From a virus (Duplodnaviria > Caudoviricetes), in IMG/VR virus record IMGVR_UViG_3300043084_000165, positions 27,704-91,703 of that record: a stretch of DNA of 64,000 bases; one strand, written 5' to 3'. This document shows positions 48,183-56,785 of the stretch, in pieces. The notes under the pieces were generated by a model. That model did not search any database. It saw only the letters and a program-made list of their open reading frames with translations, and had not been told where the DNA came from. Every line of letters begins with the position of its first letter. Within the stretch, counting starts at the first letter, position 1. Both the position numbers and the translations under genes were made by a program.

Positions 48183-48374
48183 TTAGCGTACGCTGTCAAC
48201 CGATACACTATCTACAGCGATAGAATCAACTGCAATTGAATCACTGGCCAGAGAGTCAACTGCTACAACGGTTGAATCTGCGTTAGCCTCAGTGGCGCTT
48301 GAAGAGCCGTTGCCACATGCGCTGAAGAGCGACATGCAAAATACTGCGGCTACTGCTAAAAGAATTTTCTTCAT
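48183..48374 (-). CDS. Small lipoprotein with repeated D-S-x sequons
   Basis: Signal peptide and lipobox LFSAC; DST, DSL, DSI, DSI, DSV, DSV; own promoter 48411-48438 and downstream terminator. Confidence 0.8.
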   Translation of the reverse strand: MKKILLAVAAVFCMSLFSACGNGSSSATEANADSTVVAVDSLASDSIAVDSIAVDSVSVDSVR

Positions 48375-48449
48375 GATGATTGAAATTTTATATTGTTTAT
48401 AACCTTAGAAATATAATATACCACTGCGCAATGTTTAGCTCATGTGCTG

Positions 48450-48485
48450 AAAAAAAATGCTCCGAACCTCACGGCCCAGAGCATC
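48450..48485 (-). terminator. Intrinsic terminator with GUGA loop
   Basis: ATGCTCTGGGCC-GTGA-GGTTCGGAGCAT-TTTTTT. Confidence 0.75.
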
Positions 48486-48519
48486 TCAAAACTATGATAA
48501 GTGTGTATTGTGTTCTTGT

Positions 48520-49782
48520 TTATGCTACTTCGAAGATCGGTTTGACATTGACACGCTTGATAGCACCGTCTACGATCTCAAACGGAACTGCGTGCTGCAT
48601 CTGGCCCACTGCATCGTTGTAGATGAGGTCTTCCTCAAGGGTCTTGTACTTCACTGAGATCTCCTCACCGGCCTTGTAGTTAACCAGTTCTTCAGCCGGA
48701 ACCTGAATCATACCAGTGATATTGTGCTCGGGAATCTCAACGAATACACCACATTTCTTTGCGGAATTGAGCACTCCAGTGATAACTCCCTTGTAGGATG
48801 TGCTACTGAGATCGTTCCATTCCTCACCGGCGTCACACCACATCTCATGAATCTCCTTGAGAATCAGATTGCCCTTATGGCGCAAGTAGTTCTTTGCGGA
48901 GCATACCAGGCTCATGCCTCGGCCGTTGGGCTTCAGCGCCCAGCTGGTGACAAATGTATCCACATCCTGACCAACAAATGACTCAAAGTCCTCAGTAGCG
49001 TTCAGTACAATTTGTGAACCTGGCACAAAGGCATCGATTACGAAGTCCTCACCCACGAACTCTGAAATGTTCGGAATGACTGCCTGACCGATGTAACCAC
49101 CGCGTACCAATCGTAAGTTCTTGACCTTCACTGGAATAGCTCCAACCAATTTGTTCTGAGTCCAGGGTGCCTGTGCACGAGGAACTAGGAAGGAATCAAT
49201 CATCGGACTGAATACATCCACCATGGTTGTCTTCGGGGTGATCTCAATCACGCGAGCCTGAACTGCATCCAGTGGACGGAAATGCTCGAACTTTGAATAG
49301 CGCGCCAGGTTGTTGCGAGTTGCAAAGTTCTCCTTGTAAGAACCCGGATCGAACACCACACCACCCTTCTTTGAGATAGATGCAATGTGCAGGGCAATCA
49401 CATCACCAACCGAGAGCTCCGTTGGAACATCATTACCAATCTCCACATCCTTGAGCTTGAGATTGTAGTTTTTTGCGAACGCTTCAGCAACCGAAAGATC
49501 TGCGAAGTTGAATGTGTTGAACTTGATTCGCTCGCGGTCAGTCTTGAACGGTTGGTTCAGTGGATCACCCTCGCGCGCAGCAGCAGCAATAGCCTGTTTA
49601 CGCTTGAGTTGGTCAATTAAGATACGAGCCGACACATCGACCTTCATTAAGGCACGATTTTTTGCGCGTTCTCTTTCCTCCGGGGTGGGTTCCTTAGAAC
49701 GTTTCTGATCACCGATGCGTGGGCGCTTTGTTTTGCGAGTGGCTGCTTTGGCATCCTCAACTCGCTGAGTTTGATTTTTCAA
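48520..49782 (-). CDS. Multi-S1-domain RNA-binding protein (bS1-like)
   Basis: VGDVI..I..I.KKGGV; AFVPGSQI...LVCSAK; YKGVITGV...GVFVEI...ITGMI...GEEISV; TTG start. Confidence 0.65.
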   Translation of the reverse strand: MKNQTQRVEDAKAATRKTKRPRIGDQKRSKEPTPEERERAKNRALMKVDVSARILIDQLKRKQAIAAAAREGDPLNQPFKTDRERIKFNTFNFADLSVAEAFAKNYNLKLKDVEIGNDVPTELSVGDVIALHIASISKKGGVVFDPGSYKENFATRNNLARYSKFEHFRPLDAVQARVIEITPKTTMVDVFSPMIDSFLVPRAQAPWTQNKLVGAIPVKVKNLRLVRGGYIGQAVIPNISEFVGEDFVIDAFVPGSQIVLNATEDFESFVGQDVDTFVTSWALKPNGRGMSLVCSAKNYLRHKGNLILKEIHEMWCDAGEEWNDLSSTSYKGVITGVLNSAKKCGVFVEIPEHNITGMIQVPAEELVNYKAGEEISVKYKTLEEDLIYNDAVGQMQHAVPFEIVDGAIKRVNVKPIFEVA

Positions 49783-49868
49783 ATTTGTAATGTATTAAAA
49801 AGTGAAACAATATCTGAAAGCTTTTTTCTTATGCTCTCAACATTCATAATATATTTGTGAGCGTGCTC

Positions 49869-50669
49869 TTATTTAGAGGCTCTCGCAGATTTTTCTGCAT
49901 TTTGTTTTTCAAGACAGTACGCACGAACCTTCTTGAGAGTATATGAGCTGAACAGGTTCTGAGCTGCCCACTTCATGTAGTTAGCATCATCCTTCATTAC
50001 TTCATATACATCACGGTCACGATACTTACCCTGTGAAAATACGATCAGCACAGGTTCACCTGCATTGGCAGCATTGCGTACAGTACCGTCCGGGGTGAAC
50101 AGCTCGTTCTCAGGCCACTGATCAATGGTATCATAGTCAAGATACTCCATCTGATACTTAAACACCTCCAGGGTTGCTTTTACATCTGACAAGGAGTTAT
50201 GCGCATCCAGGCCAGCCTGTTCCATGGTCTTACCGGTGTAACGCTCAAAGACCGCACCCAGATTGTTGGGGTGAATCTTACGCTCCATGGCGAGCACATC
50301 ATAGAACTTGATACCATCAATCGGGAAATCCAGACCCGCATGAGTAAAGTCCTTATATATACGAAGGATATCAAACTGATTACTGTTGTAACCCATGATG
50401 TCAGAACCTTCGATAAACTTCAAGAATGCTGGACCGATCTCGGCCAGGGTCTTACCATTTTTCTCAATAAATTCCTTCGAAAGACCATGTACAGCCTCGG
50501 CCTGTGGGTTCATTTCCCAGTTTGCCATGGGCTTCACATAGGTATCAAAAGTGTCTACTATTTCAAAAGTCTCTTTATCAAACTTAACTGCAGACAGCTG
50601 AACAATCCAGTCAAACTGAGCGGAAAGGCCCGATGTCTCAGTATCAAGAACCACTATGCGCTGTTTCAT
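49869..50669 (-). CDS. DEDDh 3'-5' exonuclease (DnaQ-like)
   Basis: LDTETSG, GYNSNQFD, AHNSLSDV; C-terminal FSQGKY..YMKW. Confidence 0.9.
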   Translation of the reverse strand: MKQRIVVLDTETSGLSAQFDWIVQLSAVKFDKETFEIVDTFDTYVKPMANWEMNPQAEAVHGLSKEFIEKNGKTLAEIGPAFLKFIEGSDIMGYNSNQFDILRIYKDFTHAGLDFPIDGIKFYDVLAMERKIHPNNLGAVFERYTGKTMEQAGLDAHNSLSDVKATLEVFKYQMEYLDYDTIDQWPENELFTPDGTVRNAANAGEPVLIVFSQGKYRDRDVYEVMKDDANYMKWAAQNLFSSYTLKKVRAYCLEKQNAEKSARASK

Positions 50670-51082
50670 ACTAAATAAAGAATTTGGCGTTTAACATTAG
50701 AAGCATCATAAGACACATGAACCCAATCCGGCCCGGTCTTACGGTTTCCTTTTTCAAAAATCAGCTGACAGAACGGAAGGTTTAGGCTTTGGATCAACTT
50801 AAACAGCTTCATATTTTCTGTACGTGAATCAACTGTGATGTCTGCAGCCTGACCATTACGGTGCTGGCTTGTCTTGACCCCACCCACCGCTGAGTTGAGC
50901 GCCGGACAACGATAACCCGAGCTCACGCGAATGGCTTTACCATAAGCTGTACGGAGCGGATCAAGAATATTTTCAATGAGAGCGGTCAAATTGGCTTCTA
51001 CTTCGGCTGTTGGGGTATTGTCAATTCCCTTCGCCTTGGCTGTTGCACTGTTGCACAGCTCTTTAATAGTGAAATACTTCAT
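50666..51082 (-). CDS. Peptidase M15A (probable endolysin)
   Basis: SSGYRC..LN..VGG..SQH..GQAADI, WVHVS. Confidence 0.88.
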   Translation of the reverse strand: MKYFTIKELCNSATAKAKGIDNTPTAEVEANLTALIENILDPLRTAYGKAIRVSSGYRCPALNSAVGGVKTSQHRNGQAADITVDSRTENMKLFKLIQSLNLPFCQLIFEKGNRKTGPDWVHVSYDASNVKRQILYLV

Positions 51083-51161
51083 ATTTTTGAGTTATATATG
51101 ATTTGTATGTATATAAATACCAAATTGGGTTTGAATATTTAGGTGTAGAACATTAAATTTG

Positions 51162-51257
51162 CTCATTTTCCCGCGCTCTATGCGCTTCAAATATCTTTTA
51201 TATAGATTTCCTTAGGTGCAGATGAGATCGCGCAGTAGAGCGCAGGAAAATGAGTCA
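51162..51257. repeat. Palindromic dispersed element family I, copy D
   Basis: Terminal inverted repeats CTCATTTTCCCGCGCTCTA / TAGAGCGCAGGAAAATGAG. Confidence 0.7.
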
Positions 51258-52985
51258 TGGGTTGTGGGGGTCCAGCTCTACAAAGTCCGTGGTACTATCA
51301 ATCACCCCATAACGGTGCCCCTCTGATTTATATATACGAATCTTTTCGAGCGCCTGGTTGTGGAGTTTCTTCGTGGGGAACTCATCAATGATGTCATATA
51401 AATAGAACTCGGACTTTTCCGCAGTACGCAACATGAGTCGACCGAGCGATTGGCGGGTGATAGTATCTGCTTTGAACGACTGTGCAAATATACCATAGTC
51501 CACATTGCGGAAAGTGATACCTGTGCCTACTACTGCGAAACTGCCTATTAAGATACAGTTATCCGATTCCAACATCTTGTCTACTGTCTGCTGACGCTTC
51601 TTCAGCGTTGTGGCGCCTGTAATCTTGTATACCTGTTTGTCAGGACAGATGCGCTTGTAGTGTGCCTCCAGGAACTTTATATATTCCACATTGTGCGCAA
51701 ATATGATCACGTTTTTATTGAGGTGAGTGACAATACTGTCCATTAGGTCCAGTCGGGGCTTAGAGAACATGGCGCACAGTTGTTCCAGGTTGAGGGTCTT
51801 CGAAGAAGCGGCGCACATAGTGGTGAGGTGCTGAACATATTCGTGTGGTTCAAATAATGGTTTTGAATCCCTGAGTGACGTAGGTAACTGCTTCATATTC
51901 ACCATTGTAAACTGTCGTTGAGCCTCTGGTAACAGTTGGGGAGTGCCGGTTTTGCTCTTTATATAGTTTGATAATAGGTATTCGGCACACTTTATGGTGA
52001 TGGTTTGGAGTGACGCTGGGTTGTACTTAATGCGGAACTGTTTGATAATTGGGTCTGCCAAATAACCTTCCTCAATCAGTTCACGGGCACGGATCTCCTG
52101 AATCTTCGGACCCAGCACCGCCTGACAGGCCAGCCATTCGATAGTGTTGGGCTTGGGTAGGGTGCCTGTGAACCCAAAACGAAGCTTGAGGTTCTTAAAA
52201 GCAGGCAGCGCCAAAATAGTTTTAATGGATTTACATGGAGCCTTGTGTGCCTCGTCCACGCATACTACATCAAACTTATCGAAGAACCCGGGGTCATACT
52301 TTTTGTAGCGCGGATCTGCCTTGCGAATGAGTGATTGGAATGTGCCAATGGTAAGATCTGCCATGGACACCTGTTCACCATCTGCCCATATCTGTTCGCA
52401 GTTGAAGTATTCTTTATATTCCTGCAGATCCTTCACGCCCTGTTTTACTAGGTGAATAGAAGGCACAATCATAAGCACATTAGTGGCGCCTAACACTTCT
52501 TTAGCAGCACGTGCAACTATATAAAAGATTAGTGTTTTACCGGCGCGCGTAGCCAGCTCAGATAACGACAAGTTGTATTTAAGTATTAACCATGCTGCAT
52601 CCAGCTGATAGTCATGTGGAGCAAGGTTGAGCTCCCAACTCGCAACCAGCTGTTTGAACTGCTCTTTTGAAAGATTGAACGGAGTATACTTAAAAGCACT
52701 ATCAATAGCGGAAATATCCACAGGGATATGCTCGGCGGTGCAGAAATCACACACTTCTTTCCAAAGCCCAGCAGCACAATGATATATATACTGTCCTGAT
52801 TTGCCCTTAAATTTATCCAAAAACACCTCAGCCTCAGGCACACCTGAATAAGTAGGCAGTAACATGTACTGAGGTATCTTATTCATATGTTTTTCAAGCG
52901 ATTCAATGCACAGTTTGTCCGTCTCATTCTCGGGTACTATGAATATATATCGCTTATCGTTTGGGTTGATCAATATTTTTAACAT
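51255..52985 (-). CDS. uvsW: UvsW-like SF2 DNA helicase
   Basis: PHDYQ, ATRAGKT, IVP, TFQS, DEAH, GFTGT, TGI, QSLGR.MR; promoter 53010-53037. Confidence 0.85.
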   Translation of the reverse strand: MLKILINPNDKRYIFIVPENETDKLCIESLEKHMNKIPQYMLLPTYSGVPEAEVFLDKFKGKSGQYIYHCAAGLWKEVCDFCTAEHIPVDISAIDSAFKYTPFNLSKEQFKQLVASWELNLAPHDYQLDAAWLILKYNLSLSELATRAGKTLIFYIVARAAKEVLGATNVLMIVPSIHLVKQGVKDLQEYKEYFNCEQIWADGEQVSMADLTIGTFQSLIRKADPRYKKYDPGFFDKFDVVCVDEAHKAPCKSIKTILALPAFKNLKLRFGFTGTLPKPNTIEWLACQAVLGPKIQEIRARELIEEGYLADPIIKQFRIKYNPASLQTITIKCAEYLLSNYIKSKTGTPQLLPEAQRQFTMVNMKQLPTSLRDSKPLFEPHEYVQHLTTMCAASSKTLNLEQLCAMFSKPRLDLMDSIVTHLNKNVIIFAHNVEYIKFLEAHYKRICPDKQVYKITGATTLKKRQQTVDKMLESDNCILIGSFAVVGTGITFRNVDYGIFAQSFKADTITRQSLGRLMLRTAEKSEFYLYDIIDEFPTKKLHNQALEKIRIYKSEGHRYGVIDSTTDFVELDPHNP

Positions 52986-53016
52986 AACTATATAAATGTT
53001 TATATGTTAATATATG

Positions 53017-54702
53017 TCATTGCACATAACAATTTAGAATCCACTTAGTCTGCCCCGCATCACATATCTTCAAAAACCCATGTTCAGCCATGACCTGAGA
53101 CTCAGTCCAACCTTCTTTGTTGGGCTTCCATCCCAACTGCACAATCTTATCTTTTGTGAATGACATTCTGTGATAACGTTGCATAGTGATGGGATTTATA
53201 TACCAGTATGAGCTTGTCACCTTACCATCACTCATGAAGCCTAATTTCTTATATAAGTTTCCTGAACTGATGTCACGCGACGCAAAAGAGTATATTGAGC
53301 TTGGTAAATGATTGATAATGAAATGTTTAAGCAACTTACCAGCACCCCCAACCACACGGGTATTGAGTGACGAACAGAACCGCACGAGCTCCCAACCTCT
53401 GTCGCCGCGCATAGCTATATTTCTGCGGCCAAATGACATTAAAGAAACCAGTTCACCGTTGTAGTACAAGCCATATGCAACAGTACACCCAGCCTCACCT
53501 TGAATGTGATTAGTGTTTAAGAACTGTGCACAAGTGTACTTGTCTACTTGCTTGATCATGCATTTTCGTGCATATATGGTTCGCTCTGTACATCCCACCC
53601 AGTTCTTTATCATAGAACTGATGATGTCTGGCTTGCTGACAATCCAATCCTCCCATACATGATACAGTGTTATATCATTCTGTGCAGCTGTATCCGTCTT
53701 GTTTGAATGATAAGATGGAGATTTGTGAAGTGTGCTGTGCCAAAAATCGCCATTACACTCAATGCCAATCTTTAGCTCAGGACAGTATATATCAATCTCT
53801 TGTCGGCCAATTAGGCCACGAACATTAGTGAGATAGTTCACCCCACACCCATCCAACACATTTCGAATAAATAGTTCAATAGTAGTGCCTGATGGTGAAG
53901 AAGCTACAGGCCTGAGCACCGTGCAGGGCTCTGTGTTGTCTTTTACACGGTCACGATATCTGTTACCTGATATTATATATGATTTTTCGGTGCACTTGTT
54001 GCAGTTGGGGTGGGGGCAAGCACAGACCCAGTCACCATTACTATTAACACCTAGCACATTTTCATATTTATTCACCACATAGCGAGCACGGCCCTTGGAT
54101 ATGGATTTTTTAATGTCGTCTGATGACTGAGCATGTTCAAAACCATACCGTTCCAGGCAAGTTAGCTTGCATTTATCTCTGTTATTAAAACTGGACGTCC
54201 CGTATCTTAACACAAGCGTCTGAGTTTGTTTTGAGCGTATAGAGTCTGCCGCATTGCCAACTCCCCCATAAACAGTAGTGATAATGTTCATAACCTTTTG
54301 TTTGATGGGTTCGGATTTCATGGCGTTATCCACACCATATCGTTTCAGGCAAGTGCTTTTCATTTTTTGCATCACACCGGCTGAGGAGGCCGGAGCAGAA
54401 CCTCCATAGCGCTGAACACAAGTCGACTTGACAGTTTCTTTCTTGTCCGGATCAGAATTCATGCAGGCTCGCGAGCAGTATTTGCGATAGCCTTTACCAA
54501 ATCCCTCGAACACCACATCTGCACCACATCTACATTTGGGAGCGCAGCTCAGATTATGTACATACCAATAGAGTCGCTCTTGAAATGATTGCACCTCAGG
54601 ATAGCGAGTATTTATATAGGACAAGAACTCAGGATAATGAAATTTGAAATGTTTTTCAGTAAACTGAGGTCCTTTGAGTTTTGTAAAGTCGGGTATATTC
54701 AT
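53017..54702 (-). CDS. Homing-endonuclease-like protein, paralogue 4
   Basis: RYG repeats, CPHPNCNKC, EIDIYCP..IECNGDFWHS, NHIQG..WELVRFC..LYKKLGF. Confidence 0.78.
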   Translation of the reverse strand: MNIPDFTKLKGPQFTEKHFKFHYPEFLSYINTRYPEVQSFQERLYWYVHNLSCAPKCRCGADVVFEGFGKGYRKYCSRACMNSDPDKKETVKSTCVQRYGGSAPASSAGVMQKMKSTCLKRYGVDNAMKSEPIKQKVMNIITTVYGGVGNAADSIRSKQTQTLVLRYGTSSFNNRDKCKLTCLERYGFEHAQSSDDIKKSISKGRARYVVNKYENVLGVNSNGDWVCACPHPNCNKCTEKSYIISGNRYRDRVKDNTEPCTVLRPVASSPSGTTIELFIRNVLDGCGVNYLTNVRGLIGRQEIDIYCPELKIGIECNGDFWHSTLHKSPSYHSNKTDTAAQNDITLYHVWEDWIVSKPDIISSMIKNWVGCTERTIYARKCMIKQVDKYTCAQFLNTNHIQGEAGCTVAYGLYYNGELVSLMSFGRRNIAMRGDRGWELVRFCSSLNTRVVGGAGKLLKHFIINHLPSSIYSFASRDISSGNLYKKLGFMSDGKVTSSYWYINPITMQRYHRMSFTKDKIVQLGWKPNKEGWTESQVMAEHGFLKICDAGQTKWILNCYVQ

Positions 54703-54746
54703 GTGATAAAATATAGTAATGCACTGCGTTGGTTTAGAGTTGTGAG

Positions 54747-54781
54747 CAAAAAAAATCCTGCCGCTTTCGCAACAGGATTTT
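54747..54781 (-). terminator. Terminator after major capsid gene
   Basis: AAAATCCTGTTGC-GAAA-GCGGCAGGATTTTTTT. Confidence 0.8.
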
Positions 54782-54807
54782 GTTATAGAGAGCTAATAAT
54801 CAAGTTA

Positions 54808-56565
54808 TTAGAGAATCATCTGCTCGTCTGCATCAACCAAGAAGGTGAGATATGACTGCTCTGGGTGGAAACCAGCATCAACGAGTGCGAAGCGGCTGTT
54901 TACCAGCAACTTAGGAGCCATTGTGCCTTCAACGATTGTTTGAACGGTATCGCATAAGATCCACGGAGAGAATACAACACCAGGGGTTTTGCCATCACCC
55001 TTGCGACCCACTAGTACTCGAGTGTCATCCCAAGTCATGTAAGGATCAACATAGATGTTCATACCTGCAAGGCTACCTGCGAAATAGAGACTGTTTGAAC
55101 CGTCCTGAGTCAAGCTGTTAGCCATAGGAGCTACAACGAAGCCGGCTGCATCCTGAAGAGCTGTTACGATCTGAGTGTTGGTTACAACGAAGTTACCACG
55201 ACCGAAACGTGAAACGTTTGCGATTACGTTAGTAGCTGCGAGAACGCGGCTCATGATACGGCGCTGATGAGTATATACATTCTCAGCTGCTGTGTTCTTA
55301 GTAGCGTTCTTGATTGCACCCCAGTTCTGAGCTGCGTTCTGGTTGTCAATACCAATGAACTTAGAAGCGGCAGAGAAGTCCTTCAAGTCCTTAGAAACGG
55401 CAGTTGAACCAGCACCGGCAAGATAGAGGTTCAAGTCAACACCCTGGATGTTCTTCTGATTTACAGCATTAGTTACACCGAGCTTGAAGAGGCGATCCAA
55501 AATGCGGTTGTTGATAGCCTGAGAGAGCTCATTCTGCATAGCCTCGAGAACCTTACCTACTACGTCAATACCGTAGAGCGGCATATCCTGAAGCTGCTGA
55601 CGAGTAACTGTACCGGTCACTTCGTAAGAACCCATCTGAACCATCTTAGTGAAGAAGCGGGCGCCAATAGTGTTACCAACACCAGTCTCATTCTGAGCGC
55701 GAGTCATAGGCTCATCAGAACCGTTACCCTTACCATCGCCGAAGAAGTTAGAGAACTCCTGTACGTGATCAGCAGCACCGGAAACGAGGTCTGCATGAGG
55801 AACGCTCAAAGTAGCAACATCAGCTGTAGCATCAGCAACAGTGACTGCCTGAGACATTACGTCTGCGATTGAGTACTTGTCAGTTTCAGTACCATCAACA
55901 GAAACGTGAAGAACCTTCACGATGATACCATTGTCGATACGAGACTTACCAATGTACTTACCGTGCAACTTAACAACCTTGCCATCAACAGTTGCGCCGA
56001 ATGTGATATCAGAATTGATAGTGAACTTACCTGAGCTGTGAACAGCCTTCAATTCAGCTGCGGTAGAAACAATCTTAACGTAGATAGGCTTGTTAGAATT
56101 GCCAAGACCCTTACCATCAAGAGAAGTTTCGTTGATACGACCCAACTTACCACCAGCATAAGGGAAGTCCATATACTGAAGCATCAACCAAGGACCATTT
56201 GCAGGAATAACAGGAACAAGTTCCAAACCGATTGTCATAGCAGCAACTTCAAGAGACATAGTCAAAGTAGACATAGGAATGTCACCTGAACCAACCTTGT
56301 AGTTATGTGCATGGAAGTCAGCACCAGCGTTGCCAATACCACCACCATCAGTAGGGTTGTAACCTACACCAGCAGGCATTGCAGGGTTACCAATACCCAG
56401 CGTGTTAAGCGGAGTTGCATAAATACCACCATCAACAGGGGCGGCACCGTTCTGCAATCCTTCGTAAATCTCGTGGTTACGAGCGTATTCAGACATCCAG
56501 TTGACCTTCTGTGCATTCTCTACACCGAGCTCTTCCTTGATGATCTGTGACCACTTACTATTCAT
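54808..56565 (-). CDS. Major capsid protein (T4 gp23-like)
   Basis: LVPVIPANGP, QQLQD, NELSQAIN, RFGRGNFVV, FAGSLAGMNIYVDP, VGRKG, FSPW, MAPK...SRFAL; strong codon bias. Confidence 0.88.
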   Translation of the reverse strand: MNSKWSQIIKEELGVENAQKVNWMSEYARNHEIYEGLQNGAAPVDGGIYATPLNTLGIGNPAMPAGVGYNPTDGGGIGNAGADFHAHNYKVGSGDIPMSTLTMSLEVAAMTIGLELVPVIPANGPWLMLQYMDFPYAGGKLGRINETSLDGKGLGNSNKPIYVKIVSTAAELKAVHSSGKFTINSDITFGATVDGKVVKLHGKYIGKSRIDNGIIVKVLHVSVDGTETDKYSIADVMSQAVTVADATADVATLSVPHADLVSGAADHVQEFSNFFGDGKGNGSDEPMTRAQNETGVGNTIGARFFTKMVQMGSYEVTGTVTRQQLQDMPLYGIDVVGKVLEAMQNELSQAINNRILDRLFKLGVTNAVNQKNIQGVDLNLYLAGAGSTAVSKDLKDFSAASKFIGIDNQNAAQNWGAIKNATKNTAAENVYTHQRRIMSRVLAATNVIANVSRFGRGNFVVTNTQIVTALQDAAGFVVAPMANSLTQDGSNSLYFAGSLAGMNIYVDPYMTWDDTRVLVGRKGDGKTPGVVFSPWILCDTVQTIVEGTMAPKLLVNSRFALVDAGFHPEQSYLTFLVDADEQMIL

Positions 56566-56632
56566 TGTTATTAAAAGTTATTTTTTGCGTAATTGTTTTA
56601 TACATCTATAATAAAAATGCGAGTTCCGCAAG

Positions 56633-56757
56633 TTAATTCATTGATTATCAATTAAATAATAATCACACCATCACCATCGTCACTCAACTGGTGTGCATAT
56701 TTCTTTATATATAGAGATCCAGTACTGTCACAGTGACGGATGGTGACGACAATGACA
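56633..56757. repeat. Dispersed intergenic element family II, copy 4
   Basis: TTAA-TTCA-TTGAT-T-ATCAA-TTAA-ATAA then ACCATCACCATCGTCAC, TTTCTTTATATATA, GTCACAGTGAC, ATGGTGAC. Confidence 0.62.
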
Positions 56758-56785
56758 TTATAATATAAATATAAAGACAGTTATT

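Noticed and set aside
11648-54702. Direct link between the four endonucleases and the four copies of each repeat family (e.g. RNA guides or element ends)
   Set aside because: The repeats do not flank the endonuclease genes and no shared sequence borders them; equal counts may be coincidence
11648-56757. CRISPR array or tandem guide array among the repeats
   Set aside because: Repeats are single dispersed copies with no regular repeat-spacer periodicity; no cas genes seen
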